This document shows, one piece after another, positions 1 through 11,407 of a stretch of 64,000 nt of DNA (positions are counted from its first letter, which is position 1; every line of letters starts with the position of its first letter). The stretch covers positions 28,947,074 to 29,011,073 of the forward strand of contig NC_135760.1 of the NCBI RefSeq assembly GCF_052425735.1. The letters run 5' to 3'. Under the pieces are notes generated by a model that did not search any database, was not told where the DNA came from, and was given only the letters and a program-made list of their open reading frames with translations. This DNA comes from Oculina patagonica (taxonomy: Eukaryota). The translations under genes were made by a program, and so were the position numbers.

Positions 1-994
1 TTGTTTCTTCAAGAAGCAACTTAGTGAAACAATTTTTTTTTAGCAAGGACTGAGCCAGCATTTCAAAACAGAACACGCCCTTCTACAGAGACGACGAAAT
101 GCTCGATATATTTTCTCTTACATTACCTACTTAAACCCCAGTTACTAGTGTTGACAAAAACTTTTCTGAGACCTGAGAGCCATGCTCTCATACAAAGCTA
201 ACCTCAATTTATGGACACTTCTTATCTGCTACTGTATTTTTTAATTAGGGCTATTTTATGCCGTCTCCTTTGAAACAAATTGAGAAAACATTCATTTTAG
301 TGCAAGATATTTGTCAATGACTATTTGAATGAGAGTACAGTTTCTTCAAGTTAAGACATTAAACATCGGTCTGGACACTTTTGCATGCCCCTTTGGCATC
401 AAACTTAGCTGGGTTAACTGAAGCGATTGCCTTGTAGAGAATATTTTGACAAATTTCCATGCTTCCAACCTAACAATGAGCCATGTAGTGGTACAGCCTA
501 AAATTTAGCCTTCTTCTCTGTTCGCTTTCACGTGGCTTAAAGGTGAAAAACTACATTTGTATGAAAACGCTTGCTAGGGTGGCTATGTATCTGTATGATA
601 TACATTCATTGCAACAGTAATGAAATGTTAGTTGCCAAGTCACGAGCTTTACTTCACTCCGTAGATTTAGGTATTAAACTGTTTTTCTTTTGTCAGGCTG
701 ACCAAGTAACATTGTGATGTACATGTAATATTATGTACCGGTAACATAATTCAGTGAGGTAGAAGTTAGCTCCACATTCTCTTCCTCTTCATATTGAGTA
801 GTGAAGGTCATACCTCTAGATCTAGTTCCTTGCCTGACAACACAGCCTGTTCAAGGGCATTCTGTTTCTCACTCTACAAAGGAAAATAAATAAGTATTAT
901 ATTTTCAGCTAGTGCTAACTGTACATGTCGGTTCTTTAATAAAGGAGATGATTTATGGTTTGGACTCTAAAGAGCAAACAAATTTATAAACTAC

Positions 995-1640
995 TTGCAA
1001 AAATTATATAGGTTAAGCATCTTGGTGAAAAAAGTTGAAGATGTTGAGGAGTTTGCATACCTAGGAGCTATTGTAGATAAGGAGGGTGAAGGCAGTAAAG
1101 ATATTGTGAACAGATTGCAGAAGGCATGTGGTGCATCCCAGGGAGGTGTGGGCAGCCAGAGGAACTGGAAGGAGAACCAAGATATGCCTATTTATAAGTC
1201 TTACATTCAACTGGTCCTGCTATATGGCTCTGAAACATGAAGTATGACAAAGGCCAATGAATAGATACTGAAAATTAGATGTCAACAAAGAAGGACAAAC
1301 AAGAGAGTGGTTCAGATGGCAGAGATCAATGACATAAGCTGTGAGTTATGACAAAGAGGGTGAAGGATTAGGAGATGTACTCAGAAGAGAAGGTGTGAAT
1401 GACTGTTTACAGAATTGTAGTGAACACCAGATGGTCGAAGGGTGAGAGGAAGACCAAAGAACACTTGGAAAAGGACTGTCAAGTAAGAGAGAAACAAGGT
1501 GGGGTAGAAGACTTGGGATGTGGCCAAAGCGATGGCATAGAACAGAGAATGTTGGTCAGAGAATGTGATGGGCTTATGCACCTACTGGCACGACGGGAAT
1601 CGATGATGATGATGATTTCACTGTTTTATGCTTTGTAAAT
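995..1640 (+). mobile_element. Degraded non-LTR retrotransposon (LINE, CR1/RTE/L2-like) reverse-transcriptase C-terminal fragment
   Basis: ORF 995-1240 reads ...FAYLGAIVDKEGEGSKDIVNRLQKA...KSYIQLVLLYGSET, the typical RT tail motif (YLG...DI..R..KA...VLLYG.E.W). Downstream frames read GRPKNTWKRTV...W, the characteristic LINE ORF2 C-terminus. Stops and frameshifts are present. Confidence 0.5.
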
Positions 1641-2110
1641 TAAACTAAATTAAAAGAAAACCCTAATTCTTAGATAGAGCAGTTTTCACTTGAGTGACAT
1701 TATAAGACAGTAATTTACATTTGCTTTGTTTTTGCATTATTATACTTAGTGATTGGTTTCTCAGCCAATCAGAAGCAAAAGCATAAGCAAGCATGACTCA
1801 CTCGTGCATGTTATCCTGCTGTTTATGCCAACTACATGTGTTTTCCCTCATGTTTTGATTGTATCACTGATTCAGAATTGTTTGCGCTGTATGAGACTTG
1901 AGGAAAAAGACAAACCTGTATAACTGATTTGCTTTTCCGGGCACTTCTTCGGACTGCAAAATACTCAGACACCTCAGTCTGACGTGTCTGCTTTTCTTCC
2001 TTCTTTTTCCTATATTATCACATGAAGAAAAATAGCCATATAACAAAATTCTCGATTTTGATTGGTTCTGTGTGCGCTTATTTGTCACGTAATCGGCGCA
2101 AGATCACGTG

Positions 2111-2172
2111 GGTGTCCAATTACAGGTATCCAATTTGAGCAACTTCAAATTGGATACCTGTAATTGGACACC
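2111..2172. repeat. Perfect 27-bp-arm palindrome (hairpin) flanked by CACGTG on both sides
   Basis: ggtgtccaattacaggtatccaatttg / 8-nt spacer / exact reverse complement. CACGTG sits at about 2105 and about 2194. Confidence 0.7.
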
Positions 2173-2375
2173 TATGCCATTTGCGCGTCAATCACGTGCA
2201 TATAAATGGGTTCTTTCTTGCTGTTTTCCCACTGTTTGTACAACCAGTTGCATTTACCATTGACTTTTTCACACTAAAAAAGATTCTCAAAGACTATTAT
2301 TATAGATTATTATTATCATTATAAAGAAAAATAAGTACACCAACCGGAGGAATGGGAGAGGAACACTGACGGAGC

Positions 2376-2465
2376 GACACGAGATGATGTGACGAAAACG
2401 GCCGCAAAACAACAATTATTGTTGTTTTGCGGCACGTTTTTGTTTCGTGTCACATCATCTCGTGT
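2376..2465. repeat. Imperfect palindromic foldback element (MITE-like). A partial copy lies at about 2690-2760.
   Basis: Left arm gacacgagatgatgtgacgaaaacggccgcaaaacaacaat; the right arm is its near reverse complement. Confidence 0.5.
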
Positions 2466-5400
2466 CAAGTCATCCGTTTTCAGTGTTAAAAAAATCTCTC
2501 TGCGAAGCCTGAGAGCACAAACTATCAATGACCCATTCACTTAACTCCTGTGAAAGAAAAGAAAACATTCAAAAAGGGAAATAAAGTGAGATTGTGACTT
2601 TAACACTGATAGCAGGTACAAAATACATGCATTTTCGCTTGCCATGTGACATGATTTAATAAACGCTTCAGCTCACTGGAAAAACATGAGTTCCATAGCA
2701 CGTTTCTGTTTCGCGTATTGTCATCTCGTGTCATGTCATCCATTTTTCATCTTTTTGAGGCGAGCAGAAACACGACGTGCTCAGGTGCATCTTTCTCTCA
2801 AATTTCATCGGCTGCTCAAAAATAACATTTGTTGCTGCCAGGTACGTATACAATATATGTACTGACAGAAAAGTAATTGAAAAAATTCAGCGCATCCAAG
2901 ACAGTAAAAAACATATTCAAAGGTTACACTTTGTTTTGGTGGTGGTGAAAAAAATAGAATCTGCGCTACGAAGCCGGAGAGCACAAAGCATCAGTGACCC
3001 ATTGATGCAACTCACATGAAAGATAAGCATTTAAAGGCAAATAAAGTGAGACCGTTACATTATTAAACACTTATTTAAAAAAAATGAAAACGAAACCATA
3101 TTCCCTGTTTGAAATAGCTGCTTTTTTAATTACTTCCGTCTGCCACGACGGACTTGATTGCTATGTCAGTTATGTTTAATAAACCCATTTAGGGTCCTCC
3201 AAGGTGTCAACATTTTAGCTTCTTGATTCACGTTGCACTTTATAGAAGTTCCAAAATTGTGATTTGATGTTAATTTATTTATTACACCATGGATACAAGG
3301 GTTTCATTTCTTTTAACCTTTGTGTCTGAACTTCATGGAAGTTATGTTTGACGTTACTAAGGGGGGAGGGTAGCATGTACAATTACTACCGTTCTACAGC
3401 TTCTATCCACGTATTTTTTGTCCATGTGCAACTTCCGTCAACAGCTAATCCATTTTAATATCCTCATTCATTGCGTGCTTCGCAGCACGCCGCAGCACGC
3501 TGCATGAATGAGCATAAAAAGCGAAGGACGGCACTTCACCGAATTACCATGAGGTTGCTTGAAGAGCCTTTGATTTTCTTCTGGCCAATCTGGGCAAAAC
3601 AAGCGTTAGGGAAACTTCCTAAAATTCCACATAAGGCGGTTATGTTCCTACTCTACAATAAAGAAAGATTCGTCCAAAGAAAGTTTTAACTGGTCAAAAA
3701 AATTGCAAAATTAAATTGTAATAGAGCTTTTCAATAGTACAATACTGTAGTCATGCATTGTGAAAAGTTAACAGCAAAAATACATTGAAAGAAAGTATTT
3801 GAGACAACCATCCTTAAAACAAACAAATAAACAAACAAACAGCCCACCATAGGGATCCATTGACAGTTGCACAATGTTAAAATGTTGTTTGCTTTAAATG
3901 TTAAGGCATAAATATGATTTTTCTTCACCTAACGACTGCTTTAAAAAAGAGAACAAATTAAAACATTTACATGACCCTGAACAAACACAAAAAACAATAA
4001 CTTACAATGTCTAACAAAACAGTTACTGTGATCAGATTAGTGAAAAGGTACTTGTAAATAATATTACTCTGTACAATAGAACTTACACTTTTTTCTTTTT
4101 CCCTTTAGCTTGTGTTATTGGATTATTACTCCACTTTAATAACTGAGGACTGAATGGCTTTGAGATTGTGTCAACTTGTTTCTTATCTGATGTCTTGCTG
4201 TTTTCAGTTTCTGTGAGCTGTTTCTTTGTGTCTTTTGAACCATCAGACATGATTGCACCCTCAAGGTTGGTTGGTTGTTCCTCTGGTTTTATCAGGACCT
4301 GTTCTATATGTGTATTCTTGTTTAAAGTCTCTGTTGAACATGATTCCTTCTCCACACCATCAGAGCTTTGATCAGCATTAGGAGTAGAAGGTGGACCCTG
4401 TATCAGTTGCAGAGATACTGCCATTAAGTGTGTTTGTTATTCATTCAAAATATTTCTTCATTTCTAATTGGTTTACAATCCGCTGGCAAATTCCAGTTAA
4501 CCCGCTAGCTTCAACCAAAATTGGAAGACATCGCTATTATTGGAAGTTGATGAAATATTTTGAATGAATAATACTACACTTGGCCAGGGTCACTGTGTTG
4601 TGTTCTTGGGCAAGACACTTTACTCTCATCATGCCTCTCTCCACCCACGTGTATAAATGGGTACTGGCAACATAATATTGGGGGTGTACCCTGCGATGGA
4701 CTAGCATCCCATTCAGGGAAAACGAGAAATATTCCTAGCCGCTTAATGCTTCCATTGGTAACATATTGTGCTATTGACATTAGCAGACCCTTTTGCGTGA
4801 AAGTTGTATCACTGAAAAGTGCCACAGACTGCTGATGTCAATAGCATGAGGTGTTTCCAATGGAAACTGGCTCTGTCGCCCCTGACAACAGCAGAGTTTT
4901 AGGGGTAAAACTTGAGAGTGAAACTTCCCTCATTGCAGTTTGAGTTTAGCTGCTCAAGCAAAGTTTAAAAAAATCGTCTTAAGGAACTACTGATGAACAA
5001 TTTGGGTTTAGAACCTGAAGACTGAGGCATTAACGACTCCTTTAGGAGCCAGACCATTTACCAAAAACAATGATCGACAACAACAGGTTTCAATAATTGT
5101 TAAATGTTTATTTACTTAAGATTTTTAGTGCTTTTTCTGACCCAAAACTAGGCAATTTACATCCCCAAAAGCAATGATCTTGTAGATAAGCCACACCTAC
5201 GATTTTGAGTCCAAAATTTCAGTAAATAGGTGTGGCAATTAATTAAAAACAAATTCAATCATGAACATAACTGGACTGAAAAATGGGGATTTGGTTTGAG
5301 TGGCCTTACATTAACAGGATAAAATTATAAAGGATTATGCAGGTTGGGAATTCAGAATGTGGCCATTAGCCGTATTAACGGGGTGGCTGCATTAACAGGG

Positions 5401-6657
5401 TTTTATTATAATAAAATGTACAGGCATTTTGCCTGTAATTACAGGGTGGCCAGATTATGGCCATAAAGCAAGGTTCCACTGTATTAGATTCAAACTGTTT
5501 ACATTTGTAATGTACGATTACCTTACTATCTTGAGTGCCTACTGATTTATCTGTGGAATCCTTACAACATGTTTCTTTTTCTAAAATTAAAAAACACAGT
5601 GATTAATTAAGCCACCATATACTATGAAATTTTAAGTTAATTGTTAATTGTAAATACAAGGGGAATCTCCTTAGAAAAGCTTAAATAAGCTTGAAGAGAT
5701 CTCCTGCTACTGAATAATGCAACAGTTTAAAGCACATTGATAGATATGTGGAAAATAAATAAACTTGAACTTGAAACAGTGTTGTCATAATTAGGCTGAG
5801 CTCACTCGATGTTTTGGGTGAAGATGTCCATTAGTGCTGCATTACACTTCCATACAAAGCAAATGCTATGTACAGGTGATAATTTCAATGTACAACAGCT
5901 AAAACATAAAAACAGCCCTGTGCGATGTAGCTAATTAAGGGGCAAATTTCAAAAACATTTATTTTGGCTTTCTTTGATCCTATTGGGTGTGTTAGGTTTG
6001 CAAGTTACGGCAGATATTGTCTTAGCTTGTTGTCATGAAAACAGCCCCCTTACCATCGCATACAGCTTATCACGGTTTTGGAAGCCATTTTAAAATGAAT
6101 TCTAAACAATTTAAGAGTCATTAACTTTAAGTTAAGATACTAGGCAAAGGATTCCCATCTGTAATTTCTGATGGTGTTGCCTTCCTGTCTTACAGTGATA
6201 TTAATGGTCATCGCTTAAAGCCCGAGCCCAGTTGTTGAAAGGGTGAATGACGCTATTCACGGGATAAATTGCTGTTCTGCAGATCAGTTTTGACAAAACG
6301 AACTAGACTGGATAACGATGATTTACCGTTGGATAGCATTTTACAACTTTTGAAGAAACCAGGGCCTGGCCAAATGGAGATGCAAGTAGAGCAAAGTTTT
6401 TAACTTGCAGGCACTTCCATCACCATTTGGCCAGGACTTGCCTGCACTTGTGTTATAACTTTGGTTGAGATCAAATTTACTTGCAAGTCAACGCAATTTT
6501 TTCAACCCTTGGCCACCCAACGCTAGTCTCGCTGTTTACTTCAAGTTCTGAATAGACCATATTCATATTCTCTGTATTGGACTGGAAATAGCTTGTAGGA
6601 GGTAAATGGGGGTAATCTTTTCAAATGCAAATGACATAAAGCTCATTTTAATGATAT

Positions 6658-6701
<44 letters not shown>

Positions 6702-7735
6702 CAAGAATACGAATATGGTCTATTGCAGTGCGTGCATTAGCATTCAAATGACTATTTTGACAACTTGCGAGTGCGTTTGGCGCCTCTCCCGTTTGGCTAC
6801 CCAGTGCAAGTCTGTAGGCAAGTTCAACTTGCCTACAGACCTGCATGCACTTGCTTTAAAAAAGCCCTGCCCGGGCCAAACGGTAACGCAAGTAAACGCA
6901 AGAAATTGCAAGTAGTTGCAAGTTGAACTTGCATACAGATTTGCATTAGGTGGCCAAACAGACTCGCAAGTTTACTCACAAGTGCACGCAAGAATACCCC
7001 GCCACTATTTTGCATGTCATTGAATAACAAAAGTGCCTATTGTGTTATTTCTCGTTCTTAAAGCGTTCCGACACATGTAAATGAAGTGGCGGGGTATGCT
7101 GCAATCGCTCCAAAAAGCCATTTCAATGTTACTGCACGCGCTGCAATTCAGTATTTTACAATAACTGAGCGAATTCTTGCGCGCTGATTGGCTAATTTTT
7201 ATTGTCAATAAGAGTACAGACGCATGAAACTCGTAGCTGACGCAATCAGCGAAGGTTTTGTCAAACTTTTCAGCACTGATTTAGCGCTGTATTCTTGATG
7301 AGGTGAGAATTATACCACAAAACTAGAAGTCTTCAATGAGGAAATCACCTAAAATTTATCGGTTAAAACTTAAGAAACCAGTGCGACCTGAGAGCGAAGA
7401 GATCTGGATGTTTATTGAGGATTCAGACCGAAAATCGGCGGTGAGCGAGAATGTGTGCTTTCAATGAAATTAGAAAGCTGAACCACGTTTTAGCGGATTA
7501 TTTTGTGAAAACTTTTCAGTGGATTAAAGGTTAGTTGCACAATTCAAATTTTCTTGTGTATTTCTGGCGGTATTCTTACCAAACTTTTAATTTACAAGCC
7601 TGTGAGTGTGATTTTCCAAATTACAGCGACAAAATTTAGATTCTGCGGCCGTACGGCAATTGCATCTTCCCCGTAGATTTCTTTCCTTCGTTTTAAAATC
7701 AGTTCTGGCTTTTTGTTATTGTAAAAAACAAATTG

Positions 7736-7904
7736 ACATCAGTTTTTATGCGTCTGTCCTGTTATTGATGATAAAATTTCGTCATAACATTGTCAAAGTT
7801 TGTTGTAGATCCGCTCGCCTAGCGGCTCGCGAATCTACAACACTTTGACAATGTTATGACGCCATTTATCATCAATAACAGGACAGACGCATAAAAACTG
7901 ATGT
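7736..7904. mobile_element. Foldback MITE with about 80-bp near-perfect arms
   Basis: acatcagtttttatgcgtctgtcctgttattgatgataaa...tagatccgctcgc / center gcctagcggc / reverse complement. Confidence 0.6.
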
Positions 7905-9152
7905 AAATTTGTTAACTAGAAGTAAACAGCAAGACTTGCGTTGACTTGCTTTGGGTGGCCAAATGGTGTAAAACTTGCCTTGACTTGCGTACAAATTAGA
8001 TCTCGGCCACAGTGAATGTAAGCCAACGCAACTTGCGTCTGCTTGCGTCTCCGTTTGGCCAGGCCTTTACAAGAGGTTCGACTGTATTTCAGTTGGAGAG
8101 GCGGCTGAGTATAATTTCGCAGGCTTAGTTGAATAAGGCTTAGTGTAAACACGGCTTTAGTTTGTGTCATTTTCATTTAAGCTTGTCTTTTTACAGTAAT
8201 AAAAGAAAGAAAGAATGTTAACTCGCATTTCCAACCACTGACTGCAGCGTGCAGAGAATAGATAATTTGATGAATCAAAATACGACGCGCTGTGGAGTAT
8301 TTTTTAGGAACTTCGAAGCGTAATTAAATGCGTCTGGAAATTTGATGAAGCACGTAACACAGGACCACAAGAATGGATGGTTTGTAATGACAATAAAGTA
8401 CACTAACCTTTGCGGGGCATTTCTTCTTAAAATAGATCGTTCAATGCATACATAACCGTGCAAGAGCAACACAAAATGGATTCCGCTACCGTATCCCGTG
8501 TTTGTATTTTGTATCACCAACGCTGATTGGCCCTTGTCTGTCCAATCAAAAAACTCTTTTGAAATCCTTTGAAAGGGTGGGTCACATTTTGTGTTACCAT
8601 ACATAGCGTACCTAATGAACTTTTAAAACAGTGTTCCAGGACCTTCCAGGCACTCGCAGGCAGTGTTTTGAGAAAAACATGCAGGGGCCCAAGCACACAA
8701 ACGGAGTGACTGTTGAGGTTTTAGAACTATAAAGGAAATAAATGGAAAAACAACGACTGGCTGCGTGATTTTGTAAATGCAAAACAAAAGCCTGTTAGGA
8801 AGTTCAGAATTATGAAACTAGCTAATGAGAAATAATTATACAGGTCCTTGTAAACCTGCGGGATATCAGCCGGGGATATCAAAACAAGCTTTTCATTTTT
8901 GGGAGCTGCAGACGAACTATAGCAAGGATTTGGACCGTCACGCGTCCGGCTGCAACGCTACAACGCAGGCTGTAATCGTTGAACGCGGAATGAATCGCGA
9001 AAGCGAAAGAACTGGACGCCAGGAGGCGCGAAGCCGCGCTCGCTTTTTTTTTTCTTTTTTTTTTTAGCTCTTCTCCCCCTCCCCCAGCACGGCCGCCACC
9101 ACCCCACCACCCCACCACCCCAAGTTTTTGAGGAAGTCCGAACTCTTGGGTT

Positions 9153-9171
9153 CGTGGCGTGTTTTCATTGG
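9153..9171 (-). promoter_or_regulatory. ERSE-I (CCAAT-N9-CCACG) in the XBP1 promoter, about 170 bp upstream of the ATG
   Basis: The minus strand reads CCAAT-gaaaacacg-CCACG, an exact match to the ER stress response element architecture known from the mammalian XBP1, BiP and GRP94 promoters. A CpG-rich block lies at 8930-9050 upstream. Confidence 0.5.
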
Positions 9172-9331
9172 CTAATTCTGATGTATTCATTCTATTTTGG
9201 GAAACATCTTTACCATATTTGGGAGTATGATGAAATTTTCGGAAAAATTACCTCGGTTTCTTGTATTTTACAAGACGTATTTCTGAAACCGAGATTTTAT
9301 ATTGTTTGGGGGACCGTTCATACGCGGTAAA

Positions 9332-11407
9332 ATGGAATCGAAAACCATAGACAGAGACGCCGTACTAAATTCACTCGCTTTAAACAACTCGACAACAGAT
9401 GGGCAACCCAGAAAAAGAAAAAGACTTGACAATTTATCTGCCGAAGAAAGAGCCCTTCGAAGGTAAGTTACAATATGGCCTTTTGACGATTCTCTCTCAG
9501 CATAGCTTATATGGCTTGTAACAACTGAATTTTTGGTATCGAATGTCTAACTTAAGTATTTCTCTGAATAATCTGCTTACTGAATGAATGATAAAGCGTT
9601 GTTTGTGATTTTGTTTTGTTCAGAAAACTAAAGAATCGTGTGGCTGCTCAAACTGCTCGCGACAGGAAGAAGGCACGAATGACGGAACTCGAGGAGATCG
9701 TCGCACAGTTAGAACAAGAGGTGACATTAATCATATTGTCCAGTGTCTTTCCTCAACCGCTCTTTAACAGTGATCGTGAACTTATACCAGTATTCTCTAA
9801 TAATTTTGAACGGACGTTTTTGTTCCGATATGTAGATGACGAAGGATCGAGAACAAAGAAAGCTTTATAGCTCAGGCTAATCTTAAATTTAAAAAAAAAA
9901 TACAGAGCAAAATGCTTAAATGTCTTTCGTTTTCTGTGATTACATTTCTTTCAAACCCTCTAATGGAGCAACTTTTTCCCTTCGACTGGAGCTGGAATAT
10001 TTAATGGAATATAAATGGAGGAACAGTTTGCCTGTACCCGATAGCCATGTCAAGTTTACCTAAGCGCAGATTTCACAACCAGTTTTTTTAAGGAAGCAAA
10101 TTTATTTAGGCCCTAATATTGCTAGGTATTAATCAAAGGTCTTCTCTTGTGTGTATGCCATTCAAGCCAAATGTCTTTATTTATTTCAGAATAAAGCTCT
10201 TCGCACAGACAATGAAAGTCTAAGAAAACATTCAGAGGCAATGACAATTGAAAATTCCGAGTTGAGAGTTCGTCTTGGCCTCACACCTCCAGTATCGCCA
10301 GAGCCAGTCACCAAGCACACATACCCACCAAGTCCAGAAACAAGTTCAGTTGTGATCAAGAAAGAAGCAGAATGTAACGAGTATGCATCACTCTTAGTTT
10401 CTCAGCAGCAGGAACGCCTGATTCTGTTTCTTTCTCTGATCACGACTTGGATGACGATCAACAGCAGGTAATAATGAATCATTTGTAATAGAATTTCTTA
10501 TTTGAAATTTTGTAGCAAAGCCAAACTCTCAAATTTAGACAAGGTGGCTTGATCATGCTTTGAAACAAGCTGGAACTTATTGCTACAAGGTGCACAAAGC
10601 AGCTGGTGAAAATTTTACTTCCCACTTGCTCTACTGTTTAAATTTATTGCGACCTGAAAGTGATCAACCAAGCTGGGATGTGTTTTGCACCTAATAAGTG
10701 GTTTCCAGGTTACACATGTCTTACAATGGAATTTAATCACTATTGCGACAACAAAAAAATGATAGTCCAGCTGATGTGATGCTTGTGGGAGGATAAATTT
10801 GCATGGTAGTGTGTCAGCTGTGTAAACTGCATTTCATTGTGCTTTCATTTAACTTTTGCAAGTGTTCTATACACTAGTTATGTATGTAAGGTTCTCCTTA
10901 TTTGAAATTCCATGAACTTTTTTTGGTTTAATTGTTGTATGAATGTTGTTAAGAGAATTCATTACAGAATATGATTAGGGTTTTTTACAGTTTTGAAGAA
11001 ACAAAGACACAGTAGTGACATTATGATGAAAGTGTTGTGTTTGTTTCACTTCCCAGCCTGACATGGATTTTGGCTTTCTTGAATTTGATGAAGAAAGAGA
11101 ACCACAAGCCCTTATTCAGCCCAAGCAGGAAGCCAAGTCAGGCTCAACCTGCTGTCAGCATAGCACCTTCTCAGCCACAAAGGATGAAGACGACAACACA
11201 GTCCCAGAATCGAGCAGCAGTGACATAACAGTAGCAGATTTGGTTGGAATGGACTGTGAGGCTTTTAATTCGTTGGATGATATCTTGAATCTCAAAGATT
11301 TCTCTGAGGAGTTCAAAGAACTTGATGTTGAACCTGGAATGTTAGGTTGTGAAATGTGGGAGGAAACCTTCACAGAAGTATTGTTCCCATCCCTTCTGGC
11401 CGTCTAA
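9332..11407 (+). CDS. XBP1: X-box binding protein 1 (XBP1) ortholog, bZIP UPR transcription factor. Spliced-form CDS is join(9332..9462,9624..9720,10190..10405,10465..10467,11057..11407). The unspliced XBP1u frame stops at 11228.
   Basis: Exons 1-3 encode ...[80 protein letters not shown]. Human XBP1 reads [42 protein letters not shown]...ENQELRQRLG. GT-AG introns lie at 9463-9623, 9721-10189 and 10468-11056. The exon 4 +1 frame ends ...WEETFTEVLFPSLLAV*, matching the human XBP1s C-terminus ...WEDTFANELFPQLISV. The exon 4 unspliced frame gives a hydrophobic SLTWILAFLNLM followed by a basic tail, which is XBP1u HR2-like. Confidence 0.9.
10406..10464 (+). other. XBP1: Predicted IRE1-dependent unconventional (non-spliceosomal) intron of XBP1 mRNA, 59 nt, between twin CAGCAGC loops
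   Basis: The 5' site is the hairpin uuuCU[CAG|CAGC]AGgaa at 10398-10414, a 7-nt loop with the conserved C(-3), G(-1) and G(+3). The 3' site is the CAG|CAG loop at 10462-10467, whose 7th nt and 3' stem come from exon 4 after conventional splicing. It is the only G|C junction that lands in the conserved XBP1s frame. Length is 2 mod 3, as required for the u-to-s frame switch. The exact 5' cut could be 3 nt further 3' because of the CAG triplet repeat. Confidence 0.4.

Noticed and set aside
8879-9190. Minus-strand ORF encoding a Gly/Arg/Lys-rich low-complexity peptide (GGGGRAGGGG...KKKRKKK)
   Set aside because: It is a translation of the homopolymer and CCCCACCA-rich tract in the XBP1 promoter. 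It is low-complexity DNA, not coding.
10403-10470. Alternative placements of the XBP1 IRE1 sites (intron of about 23-26 nt inside exon 3; 3' site inside exon 4)
   Set aside because: No second CNG|CNGN loop with a stem was found 20-30 nt from the 5' hairpin. No G|C junction within exon 4 starts an s-frame codon with G at +3 except weak ones. A 56-nt variant (cut after 10408) cannot be excluded because of the CAG repeat.
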